In this document: piece after piece, positions 33,529-42,178 of the stretch
How the letters are laid out: every line of letters begins with the position of its first letter
Numbering within the stretch: the stretch's first letter is position 1
DNA from: a virus
Virus record (IMG/VR): IMGVR_UViG_3300007735_000786
Coordinates: 1 to 64,000 of that record
Direction: 5' to 3' (one strand)
Length of the DNA stretch: 64,000 nucleotides
Notes under the pieces: generated by a model
Seen by the model: the letters and a program-made list of their open reading frames with translations, nothing else
Database searches by the model: none
Told to the model about the DNA's origin: nothing
Position numbers and translations under genes: made by a program

Positions 33529-36426
33529 TTAAGGCAGGATGATTAATGGGCCTTGAATAACAAAACCAGCAGTGCTGCCTGATACAACACCAGAACAAAT
33601 CAAAGCGGGAGAAGCGCCTGATGCTGTGGTTACATGAAGAGTATTACCAGTCATGGTTGTAAATAAGCCAATATTACCAGTTACTGTGGCACCAGAAACT
33701 CTTGTAGTAAATACACCAGACGTAAAGTTTGCAGTAGTACCAGTAGTTGTAGTTCCTGTTAAGGAGGTAAAGTTACCTGTTGTAGCAGCAACTGTAGTAC
33801 CTGTAAATGTGGTTCCGGATAATGTTCCTGTAACGGTAACGCCAGAAGCAAATACACCAGAACCTAAAACATTAAGATTACCTGATACAGTTAAACTGTT
33901 TTGAACAACATGTCCACTAGTCACAAGTGTTCCAAAAGTTCCACTGGTTGCACTTATCTGGTTACCGGTTATTGTAGTGCCAGAGAGTTGTGTGCTAAAT
34001 ACACCTGATACAAAATTAACAGTAATACCTGTAACTGTAGTACCTGTTAAAGAAGTAAATGTTCCAGTGGGTGCAGCAACTGTTGTACCTGTTATTGTTA
34101 CACCTGAAATCTGTGTACTAAACACACCTGATACAAAGTTTGCAGTAGTACCAGTAGTTGTGGTTCCTGTTAACGTAGTAAAATCACCAGTGCTTGCCGT
34201 TAGTGTACTTCCTGTAAGGTAAGTAAATGTACCTGTTGTAGCTAAAACAGTATTACCTGTTAGGTAAGAAAACGTACCGGTAGTAGCTGTAACATTAGTA
34301 CCTGTTATTGTTACACCTGAAATCTGTGTACTAAACACACCTGATACAAAGTTTGCAGTTGTACCAGTAGTAGTGGTTCCTGTTAGAGAGGTAAAGTTAC
34401 CGGTTGTTGCAATGACAGTAGCACCTGTTATTGTTACACCTGAAATCTGTGTACTAAACACACCTGATACAAAGTTTGCAGTTGTACCAGTAGTAGTGGT
34501 TCCTGTTAAGGAGGTAAAGTTACCTGTTGTAGCAGTTATTGTTGCGCCTGTAAGAGATACAAAAGTACCAGTTGTAGCTGCAACTGTGGTTCCGGTTATT
34601 GTTGCGCCAGAAATGCTTGTAGTAAATACACCGCTAACACCAGTGATATTTGTAAATTGCCCAGTATCACCCGTGATAGTGCTACCACTTACAGAAGAAG
34701 TAAAAACAGCGGATACATAATTACCAGATGTAAAATTTGATGTTGTTCCCGTAATAGTTGTTCCGCTTAATGTGCCGGTTACTGTGACACCAGAAGCAAA
34801 ACTACCTGAACCAAGGATATTAAGATTTCCTGATACAGTCAGATTATTTTGAACGGTGTGCCCACTGGCAATTAAAGTTCCAAATGTTCCTGTTGTAGCT
34901 GATACATTTGTACCTGTTATTGTAATTCCACTAACGGTACCTGTAACACTGATGCCTGAACTAAAGAAACCTGAGCCTAATGTAGAGGTATCTCCCGAGA
35001 AAACTAAACCACCTGAATAACTTAAGTTGACAGCATTTATAGTAGTAAAATTACCAGTATCTGCAATAAATGTCGTACCTGTAAGGTTTACAAAAGCACC
35101 AGACGTGCCTTGTACAATGTTGCCTGTAATTGTCGCACCAGAAAGACTGGTAGTAAATACTGCAGCAATACCGGTTACATGCGTAAAAGAACCTGTGTCT
35201 CCTGTAACAAGCGTTCCAGATACTTTTGTTGTAAATGTTCCGGTAGCTCCTGTAACAGAAGAGAACGCTGCTACGTCACCAGTGACAATTGCACCTGAAA
35301 CTTTAGTTGTAAAATTACCTGAAACTCCATTAACTATTGAAAATAAACCAGATGTTCCAGTGATAGTTACGCCTGAAATGTTACTTGTGAATACTCCAGA
35401 AACACCTGAGACAAAAGTAGCTGCAACTGTATTGCCTGTTACAAGTAAGCCTGATACACGATCTGTAAACGTACCCGATACACCTGTTAGTTGTGTAACA
35501 TTTCCTGTATCTCCAATGATAGATGCCCCTGATAAAACTTGTGTAAAAACACCTGAAACACCTGTAACATTACCAAACGAACTATTATTCCCTGTAATTG
35601 TTGCACCAGATAACCTGGTTGTAAATACACCAGATACTCCAGTGATATTACTCACTAAAGCAGTATCTCCTGTAATCGTTGCACCTGAAAGTTGACTAGT
35701 AAAAACACCTGAAACACCAGTAACTGTACTAAATTTAGCTGTAGTTCCGGTTACCGTAGTGCCAGATAATGTTCCTGTGACTTGTACGCCGGAGGCAAAT
35801 TGGGCAAGTCCAGTAACTGTTAGACCACTTGCTACGGAGAGATTTCCGGTTACGGCTAAAATAGGTATATTTAAAGTTTGAAAAGTACCTGTTGTAGCTT
35901 CTACTGTTGTTCCTGTAATTGTTGTTCCGCTTAAATTAATAAATGTCCCCGAGGTTGCAAGAAGCTGCCCACCTGTTATTGTTGTTCCTGAAAGATTTTG
36001 AAATCTTCCACTTGTAAATAAACTAGATGTTCCCGTAGTTGTTGTAGTTGTAGCAGTAACGGCATTTACAAAAGTACCTTGTAAATATGTACCTGTTACT
36101 GTTGTTCCACTTATAACACCACTAACAGTAGCATCATTTTGTACTAGGAGTCCACTAACGGTAGTTAAACCAGAAGACGTAATTGTAGAAAAAGTACTAG
36201 TACCGTTTACAGAAAGATTTCCAGTGACTGTAATATTTCCACTAAAAGTAGCACCACTAGTGGAAGGATAGTAATCATCAAGATAATCTTTAAACTGTGT
36301 AAATGTAATTTTTTTATTACGTAGCGTTGGGTCCACTTCAAAAACGTGGACAAGCGTTAGCAAGTCTTCGTCGTCAATTTGGTTTCCGTCAATAGATGGA
36401 AACTCACTTATTCTACGGTTTGCCAC
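33529..36426 (-). CDS. Thr/Gly-rich repetitive tail fibre-like protein
   Basis: MANRRISE N-terminus; many SG.T.TG / GVF.T repeats. Confidence 0.8.
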   Translation of the reverse strand: MANRRISEFPSIDGNQIDDEDLLTLVHVFEVDPTLRNKKITFTQFKDYLDDYYPSTSGATFSGNITVTGNLSVNGTSTFSTITSSGLTTVSGLLVQNDATVSGVISGTTVTGTYLQGTFVNAVTATTTTTTGTSSLFTSGRFQNLSGTTITGGQLLATSGTFINLSGTTITGTTVEATTGTFQTLNIPILAVTGNLSVASGLTVTGLAQFASGVQVTGTLSGTTVTGTTAKFSTVTGVSGVFTSQLSGATITGDTALVSNITGVSGVFTTRLSGATITGNNSSFGNVTGVSGVFTQVLSGASIIGDTGNVTQLTGVSGTFTDRVSGLLVTGNTVAATFVSGVSGVFTSNISGVTITGTSGLFSIVNGVSGNFTTKVSGAIVTGDVAAFSSVTGATGTFTTKVSGTLVTGDTGSFTHVTGIAAVFTTSLSGATITGNIVQGTSGAFVNLTGTTFIADTGNFTTINAVNLSYSGGLVFSGDTSTLGSGFFSSGISVTGTVSGITITGTNVSATTGTFGTLIASGHTVQNNLTVSGNLNILGSGSFASGVTVTGTLSGTTITGTTSNFTSGNYVSAVFTSSVSGSTITGDTGQFTNITGVSGVFTTSISGATITGTTVAATTGTFVSLTGATITATTGNFTSLTGTTTTGTTANFVSGVFSTQISGVTITGATVIATTGNFTSLTGTTTTGTTANFVSGVFSTQISGVTITGTNVTATTGTFSYLTGNTVLATTGTFTYLTGSTLTASTGDFTTLTGTTTTGTTANFVSGVFSTQISGVTITGTTVAAPTGTFTSLTGTTVTGITVNFVSGVFSTQLSGTTITGNQISATSGTFGTLVTSGHVVQNSLTVSGNLNVLGSGVFASGVTVTGTLSGTTFTGTTVAATTGNFTSLTGTTTTGTTANFTSGVFTTRVSGATVTGNIGLFTTMTGNTLHVTTASGASPALICSGVVSGSTAGFVIQGPLIILP
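34089..34530. repeat. near-identical intragenic direct repeats
   Basis: TGTTATTGTTACACCTGAAATCTGTGTACTAAACACACCTGATACAAAGTTTGCAG x3; related copy near 33240-33312. Confidence 0.8.
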
Positions 36427-36471
36427 CTACTTCTCAATATATGTTCTTACTTTAATTATAAAGCGTTTTCC

Positions 36472-36783
36472 TTACTTTACTCTGATTTCTATTCGAGGTA
36501 AAACATTTGTGCCATAGTTCCAAATCTGTTGTATTCCTGTTACAATTCCACAAGCTACAGCAAATAACAAAAGTAATTCTGCAACAGTCCAGTTGCGACG
36601 CACATAAACAACCCTTGGGCCTTGTTGTGTTTGTACTGTTTGCTGTTGAATTCCTTGTTGAATTCCCTGTTGTATTGCCATCTCCATGGCACGAGCTTTC
36701 ATTTCTGCAAGTTGTGCAGGGGAGATTGATCCCTCTGGTATCTGTGGGACTGAAGGTTGGCTAGGCGGAATCTGTTCTTCCAT
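36472..36783 (-). CDS. membrane-anchored hypothetical protein
   Basis: Q-rich region followed by a hydrophobic helix. Confidence 0.7.
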   Translation of the reverse strand: MEEQIPPSQPSVPQIPEGSISPAQLAEMKARAMEMAIQQGIQQGIQQQTVQTQQGPRVVYVRRNWTVAELLLLFAVACGIVTGIQQIWNYGTNVLPRIEIRVK

Positions 36784-36836
36784 AATGGTTGTTTTATCTT
36801 TAAAAACGTTAGCATGTTCTCGACCTATTTGTCGTT

Positions 36837-37271
36837 ATGTACACCGGAATCCCTAAAGGACTACAGGATATTGTTGCTGAACTCAAAGGCATCAAGCATA
36901 TACTGGCCTCAATGTGGCACAGTCGCTACCAAGAAGGCGAGACGGATCAGTTAAATCCTGAAGCATATACTGACGAATACATTTCTACCGAAGAATGTGG
37001 TAGACGTCTAGGTATATCAGACCAGACAGTGAGGAATTGGATTTCTATCGGTAAAAACAACCCAAGTAAAGGCTGGGTAGAAGGTCTTCATTACGTCAAC
37101 GCATCTCCTAATCCTGGTAAAAAAGCACTTCTTCGTATCCCCTGGAACACCTTGGTTCGTTCTTTTGCTAAAAACAAGAAGGTAGATCAGGCAGATTTAC
37201 GTGACAATCTTCCTTCTATGTATTGCACAACCACAGCTGAAAAGGTTATGGAAAATGGCGCACCGCTTTAA
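36837..37271 (+). CDS. helix-turn-helix protein (excisionase/MerR-like)
   Basis: YISTEECGRRLGISDQTVRNWI, W.EG.HY. Confidence 0.75.
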   Translation: MYTGIPKGLQDIVAELKGIKHILASMWHSRYQEGETDQLNPEAYTDEYISTEECGRRLGISDQTVRNWISIGKNNPSKGWVEGLHYVNASPNPGKKALLRIPWNTLVRSFAKNKKVDQADLRDNLPSMYCTTTAEKVMENGAPL

Positions 37272-37713
37272 AAATGTAGATATTGCAGCGGTCACTCTTG
37301 ACAATGTCAATGATGTGCTTCCAGAATCCCTTTTCTTACAGTTGGAATTTTTTCTTCCGCCTGAAGGTTCTTTTGATGACGGTTGCTTACAAAGATACCT
37401 GACAATCTTAAAACAATATGAAGAAGAGGATGAGAATTCTCACATGACGTTAGCAAATCGTTTACGTCTTGCGTTCCAAGAACCTACACCAGCTACGATA
37501 TGCGGTAAATTCCCACAAGCAGAACTTCCCTTGAAAAGACGGCTGCGTTGTGTAGCGGAGTATTTGATTCGTTCAGGTGAATTAGATAAGGTTAAAGACG
37601 AAAACGGAAAACTTGTAAAGAAACGTGGCATCTTAGGTAAGATGGTAGTGCTGTACAGACCTACTGGTAAGCTGCTAGAGTCTTTAGTACGTCAAGGGTT
37701 AATAGAAAAATGA
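37255..37713 (+). CDS. hypothetical protein
   Basis: ORF in operon. Confidence 0.7.
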   Translation: MAHRFKNVDIAAVTLDNVNDVLPESLFLQLEFFLPPEGSFDDGCLQRYLTILKQYEEEDENSHMTLANRLRLAFQEPTPATICGKFPQAELPLKRRLRCVAEYLIRSGELDKVKDENGKLVKKRGILGKMVVLYRPTGKLLESLVRQGLIEK

Positions 37714-38096
37714 ACCGCAGAGAAAATTTAATCGCTTCTGTTATCGGTCCGGAGTTGGATGAAACAAAAGCTAAGATGCTCGACGCAACACTTAAGTTGA
37801 TTCTTGGTGATATGGGAGAACAATATTGTAAACACTGGGAGCTTTCTGGTCCAGGTGTAATGGTATTTCAACCAGAACACAAAGATCGCACAATGTTCTA
37901 TTGGTTACTTTCTGAAATACATAAGGCACAAGAGAAGTCTGAAAGAGAAAATAACGGAGATCTAGCAGAAACATTTAGACGTATTCTTGAGTCTGCGCAA
38001 AAAATAAACCCAGTAGAAAATGCTGGTTATGTGATTAATGACAATGAGGGCATTCGCTATTTTCAAATAGACTATAACAAAACAGCCGAGTCTTAA
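37710..38096 (+). CDS. hypothetical protein
   Basis: ATGA overlap. Confidence 0.7.
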   Translation: MNRRENLIASVIGPELDETKAKMLDATLKLILGDMGEQYCKHWELSGPGVMVFQPEHKDRTMFYWLLSEIHKAQEKSERENNGDLAETFRRILESAQKINPVENAGYVINDNEGIRYFQIDYNKTAES

Positions 38097-38683
38097 TGGG
38101 AATACAGAATATACATAGTCACACTGAAGACCGGGAATTCATTACCAACCAAGATCTTGTTACCGCAGCACATGGTTTGCTTGGAGGAATTGACCTTGAT
38201 CCCGCAAGTTCTGAGTTTGCAAACACTCATGTATGTGCAGATGAAATTTATACACCATCAGACGACGGTTTAAACTGTCAGCCATGGTACGGAAAGGTAT
38301 ATCTTTTTCCTCCAGCGGGGGCATACTTTTGGGATAAAAAACGTCAACGTTGGAAGATGACTAGAACATCTTCTCCATCTTTAATGTCATCTCATGCCGT
38401 TTGGTTTAATCGTCTTTATAAGGAGTGGTTGGCAGGAGAAGTTACAGAAGGTTTGTTCTTTACTAATGTCCCAGATATGATTCGGTATGATCCAAGGATC
38501 TTTAAGTTCCCTTTGTGTATCTTAAAGACACCGCCAACACTTCTAAAAAGAACCAGTGAGGGTCTCGCTAAACACAAGACGTGTACTTCTTTGATTGTTT
38601 ACCTGCCGCCAAAGAATGACACAGCAGACTTTATAGAAAAATTCATTAGTATTTATGAAGAGAAGGGGCACATCCTAAGTTGA
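38096..38683 (+). CDS. phage DNA N6-adenine methyltransferase-like protein (atypical catalytic motif)
   Basis: IDLDPASS, DDGL...W.G.V.LFPP (NPPY expected). Confidence 0.65.
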   Translation: MGIQNIHSHTEDREFITNQDLVTAAHGLLGGIDLDPASSEFANTHVCADEIYTPSDDGLNCQPWYGKVYLFPPAGAYFWDKKRQRWKMTRTSSPSLMSSHAVWFNRLYKEWLAGEVTEGLFFTNVPDMIRYDPRIFKFPLCILKTPPTLLKRTSEGLAKHKTCTSLIVYLPPKNDTADFIEKFISIYEEKGHILS

Positions 38684-38716
38684 TCCTGTAAGCTAGTCCA
38701 GGACCTACCAACGAGT

Positions 38717-39304
38717 ATGAGCATTTTAGCTGACTGGGAAATTAAAAAACTTGCGGAAGAAGAACAGATGATCGAACCTTTTGCTGACCATCTTGTCAGC
38801 AAAGAACATAAACGCAAAATTCTCAGCTATGGCCTTGGTTCCTATGGTTATGATATTCGGTTATCACCTGAACAGTGTTTGATTTTTGGTAATGTTCAAT
38901 CAGGTGATTGTGATCCAAAAAACTTTGATCCTGAAATCCTTAGGCCCACTGAACTACTTAAAGATAAACGCGGTGAATATTTCTTGTTGCCACCCTATGG
39001 TTATTGCTTAGGTGTAGCAATGGAGCGATTGAAACTACCTCGTGACATTACTGTTGTAGCTGTAGGCAAGTCAACCTATGCACGTTCAGGGATAATGGTA
39101 AACATAACTCCTGCAGAAGCAATGTGGGAAGGTTATTTAACATTGGAGATTAATAATTGCACTCCTTTGTTTAATCGTATTTATGCTAATGAAGGTATTA
39201 CGCAATTACTTTTTTATCGTGGTAATCCTTGCGAAGTAAGTTACCAAGACAGGAAAGGTAAGTACCAAGATCAACCACCAGAGATTGTTTTTTCTCATGT
39301 TTAA
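38717..39304 (+). CDS. dcd: dCTP deaminase
   Basis: SYGL.SYGYDIRL, GKSTYARSG, EGYLTLE, YANEGI.Q, KGKYQ.Q. Confidence 0.95.
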   Translation: MSILADWEIKKLAEEEQMIEPFADHLVSKEHKRKILSYGLGSYGYDIRLSPEQCLIFGNVQSGDCDPKNFDPEILRPTELLKDKRGEYFLLPPYGYCLGVAMERLKLPRDITVVAVGKSTYARSGIMVNITPAEAMWEGYLTLEINNCTPLFNRIYANEGITQLLFYRGNPCEVSYQDRKGKYQDQPPEIVFSHV

Positions 39305-39735
39305 TAACTATAGGATCTACCTGAGAAGGACTTAGGTTTATCAGCGTAGTTACTACCACCACCACCATAACCATCTCCCATACTTGGTAGTTCAACTCCT
39401 TCAATTGACGCGGCACCCCTAGGAGTTTTTCCGCGAATTGCTGGTTCCGCAATGGCAGTACGTTTTTTGTATTCGCCAGCAGTCTTTGCTGCTTGCATGA
39501 ATTTAAAAAGGCGTTCTTGTGCGTCTTGCTGTGAGTTATCAATTTGTCTGTAACCTGTTCTTTCCGGGGAATAGGCAAAATCTCGCGCAACGTCTGAAAA
39601 TAAATCCCGCTCTTCTGGATCTAAACGACGTAGATCGACATCCCTAGCTTGTTCTGGTCGTAAATCGGTTACTTCAACACCTGAGGATCCAGTGTCCTTT
39701 AGTGGATCGTAAGTAGGATCATAAAAACTTGCCAT
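39301..39735 (-). CDS. hypothetical protein
   Basis: ORF; internal ATG chosen. Confidence 0.65.
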   Translation of the reverse strand: MASFYDPTYDPLKDTGSSGVEVTDLRPEQARDVDLRRLDPEERDLFSDVARDFAYSPERTGYRQIDNSQQDAQERLFKFMQAAKTAGEYKKRTAIAEPAIRGKTPRGAASIEGVELPSMGDGYGGGGSNYADKPKSFSGRSYSY

Positions 39736-39776
39736 AGTAATATTGTAAGAGGAGATAATCAAGCTTTTCAAATATT

Positions 39777-40121
39777 ATGCATAACAATGCAGCTGGTTTT
39801 TTAGACGGGTTTATGGATGAGGTAATGTGTCGTTGTATTGACGAAGATGACTTTGGTCAACCACTAGCCAATCAAAATAACGATGTTCCTTTACAGGATA
39901 TGTACAACCGTGGCTTGGTAGCACCAATGCAAGGACTTGAACGTAATCCTTTACACATTGAAGGAATGAAACGGCCTGGTGTATCGGGACTCATTCCTTC
40001 CATGGAGGAGGGTGTAGCAATGGGTGCATCACCTAAGCCACATGCCTTGGTACTAGAGCTACCTGAGGCTGATGATGAAATGAAAATACAATCTGCTAAA
40101 CGTCGTGGCTTAATGCGTTAA
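39777..40121 (+). CDS. hypothetical protein
   Basis: 114-aa ORF. Confidence 0.65.
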   Translation: MHNNAAGFLDGFMDEVMCRCIDEDDFGQPLANQNNDVPLQDMYNRGLVAPMQGLERNPLHIEGMKRPGVSGLIPSMEEGVAMGASPKPHALVLELPEADDEMKIQSAKRRGLMR

Positions 40122-40148
40122 GCTGACATTTGAATTACCTTTTGGTTT

Positions 40149-40376
40149 GTGAATCTAGATCTTGTTGACCATCCTCCGCACTACACGGCGAGTGATAGGG
40201 TTGAGTGCATTGAAGCACTAGAGGCACAACTAAATACAGATGAATATCGTGGCTACTTACGTGGCTGCTGTATCAAATATCTTTGGCGCTGTATGCTCAA
40301 AGGTAAACCTTTAGAAGATCTTAAGAAATGTCAGTGGTACCTTGACAGGTTGATTGACACCTTTCAGAACGGCTGA
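40149..40376 (+). CDS. DUF3310 (T7 gp1.7-like nucleotide kinase family) protein
   Basis: V.HP.HY.....ECI, G..IKYLWR...KG...EDL.K..WYL. Confidence 0.85.
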   Translation: MNLDLVDHPPHYTASDRVECIEALEAQLNTDEYRGYLRGCCIKYLWRCMLKGKPLEDLKKCQWYLDRLIDTFQNG

Positions 40377-40672
40377 AGCAAGTAATCGTCTTCATCGTCG
40401 TCGTCATCGTCATCAGATACACAAGCTGCCGCGAGCTCTGCCAGGTCAACATCAGTTGGTTGGCCCCATGTGATCTCGATATTTTCGCCTGCCATAATAT
40501 CTTTGACTGCTGTCCACTCCATCATCCGAGTGTAATAAAGGTTTAAAAGGGCCGCCTGAAGCTCATCCCAAGTCATTTCTGCGCTTTGGAGTTCAGCTTT
40601 CTTCATTGCAAACTGAAGCTCCAAAGGGAGATCAAACTCCCGATGCTCACACGGTTCGACTGAGTGCTCCAT
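40364..40672 (-). CDS. NblA-like protein with acidic tail
   Basis: LPLELQF...AE....EMT.DELQ..LL.LY..RM....VK.IM fits the NblA LSLEQQF pattern. Confidence 0.6.
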   Translation of the reverse strand: MEHSVEPCEHREFDLPLELQFAMKKAELQSAEMTWDELQAALLNLYYTRMMEWTAVKDIMAGENIEITWGQPTDVDLAELAAACVSDDDDDDDEDDYLLQPF

Positions 40673-40701
40673 TTTCTCTGCGTGTCTTATGTAATTCTAT
40701 T

Positions 40702-41367
40702 CTAAGGGTAAGAGTCAAACACACTGCTTAAGACACTGTCCGTAGCACCAAGCCATGGATCATCTGATACCCTAAATCTGTTTGCAAACTCCGATAAAAC
40801 GTATGGATTAAGTTGTTCTTCCAGATGGCGGATGGCTTCTACTTGATGAGGTGCAGCACTGTAGACTCTAAATGCTGTTAATAAGATGTCTGGGGACGAA
40901 CGAAAGGGTGTGTTGAGTTGTAGTAGGAATAGATCAACTTCTTCTCTCCTGCGGTCCAGGAGACCACCAATGACCTTATAGTCGGCATCAAAGATCCAGT
41001 GACCAATATCTTCAATAGCACCATGAAAATCATCAGCCTCCAAGCAGTCAATGATTCCGCTGTACAGAAAAGAATCCCAGCCAACCGAATGAATAAAGGA
41101 GACTAACGCCTGGCGCATACAACCATCTAGATTTAAGTTTAATTTGTCTAGACGTCCTTCAATAATCCCAAGTTCGTGAAATAAATATTCTAATGCTTTT
41201 TCTTGACTGCAATACTGACCTTTTTTGACGGGAGCACCGTCTGGATAAAATTGAGTTCCGTAGCCAATAGTGTATGGTTCTTTGCCAGTGTGTTGATCGG
41301 GATATGCTTTTTCACTAAAGCCCTCATATTTACGGATCAAATTAACAGCGCAAGATAGATCCGACAT
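40702..41367 (-). CDS. lysozyme (GH24-like)
   Basis: LI.KYEG....AYPD.....YTIGYG, ALVSF, GL..RR.EE..LF. Confidence 0.9.
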   Translation of the reverse strand: MSDLSCAVNLIRKYEGFSEKAYPDQHTGKEPYTIGYGTQFYPDGAPVKKGQYCSQEKALEYLFHELGIIEGRLDKLNLNLDGCMRQALVSFIHSVGWDSFLYSGIIDCLEADDFHGAIEDIGHWIFDADYKVIGGLLDRRREEVDLFLLQLNTPFRSSPDILLTAFRVYSAAPHQVEAIRHLEEQLNPYVLSEFANRFRVSDDPWLGATDSVLSSVFDSYP

Positions 41368-41418
41368 AAGAACAATAATTATTACTTCTAATATACACAG
41401 AAATTTTTTATTTTGACT

Positions 41419-41835
41419 TTACTTTTTTGTTTTTCTTCTATTATTACATTGTTCCACATGTGTAGCCCAGCGTACGTTGCCAACTTCATAATTTCCCCAA
41501 GGATCAATTCTATCTATTGTTTTACCTTCTGGTCTGGGGCCTACTTCATCATAAAATTCTTGAAAGCATGTAAATTTAAATTGAACGTGACCATACGCTC
41601 CGTGATGGTTTTCCCTGACTCTTTTTTTTGCTCGCCAATAACTTTTATAAGCGCCTACTTTTAAAATATCGTGTTTTGCTGAAGGGTTTTTAACCTTAAG
41701 TTTTCGTCCAGCAAAAGCACAAGAACGACAAATCCATTGTTTATTCTTTCTGTTGTATTGGTCAATTCTTATTGTTCCTTTTTCAGCGCAGGTCAAACAG
41801 TTTACGTCAACATAGTTCCAACGTGATGAAGGCAT
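41419..41835 (-). CDS. HNH-type homing endonuclease
   Basis: CxxC pairs; GPRPEGKTIDRID..GNYE.GNVRWAT..EQ..NRR. Confidence 0.85.
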   Translation of the reverse strand: MPSSRWNYVDVNCLTCAEKGTIRIDQYNRKNKQWICRSCAFAGRKLKVKNPSAKHDILKVGAYKSYWRAKKRVRENHHGAYGHVQFKFTCFQEFYDEVGPRPEGKTIDRIDPWGNYEVGNVRWATHVEQCNNRRKTKK

Positions 41836-42173
41836 AGCTCGATAAAATCAGATCCAAGTATACCACTTAGGATCATCCACTTGACCTTGTGCGACCACCA
41901 TCTAGCACTCATCTTGTCAGGATTAGGATCTTGCGCATTATGTCTAGCGTAATAAGATTTCTTTCGTGCCTTGTCTTTTTCTGTGGTTGGGTTTTTACCA
42001 GCGCCTTCTACGCCTTGTTGACCAAAGCGGATGATACGTTCTTCTCCTTTATCACAAGCTTTAACTACATGGCTTTTGGTTGGATGACCAGGAGTCTTAC
42101 GTGGCTTATTACAAGCCATTTTATCTTTTGCTAATTTGGCTGCACTTGCTGCCTTTTGGTGCTTTTTAGTCAT
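41802..42173 (-). CDS. small basic conserved phage protein
   Basis: KSHVV.A......IIRFGQQG...R.KS..ARH...SARWWS.KVKW, then an atypical extension. Confidence 0.75.
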   Translation of the reverse strand: MTKKHQKAASAAKLAKDKMACNKPRKTPGHPTKSHVVKACDKGEERIIRFGQQGVEGAGKNPTTEKDKARKKSYYARHNAQDPNPDKMSARWWSHKVKWMILSGILGSDFIELCLHHVGTMLT

Positions 42174-42178
42174 GTTAG

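Noticed and set aside
33110-35695. + strand ORFs rich in V/P/T opposite the fibre genes
   Set aside because: Antisense shadows of repetitive Thr/Gly codons
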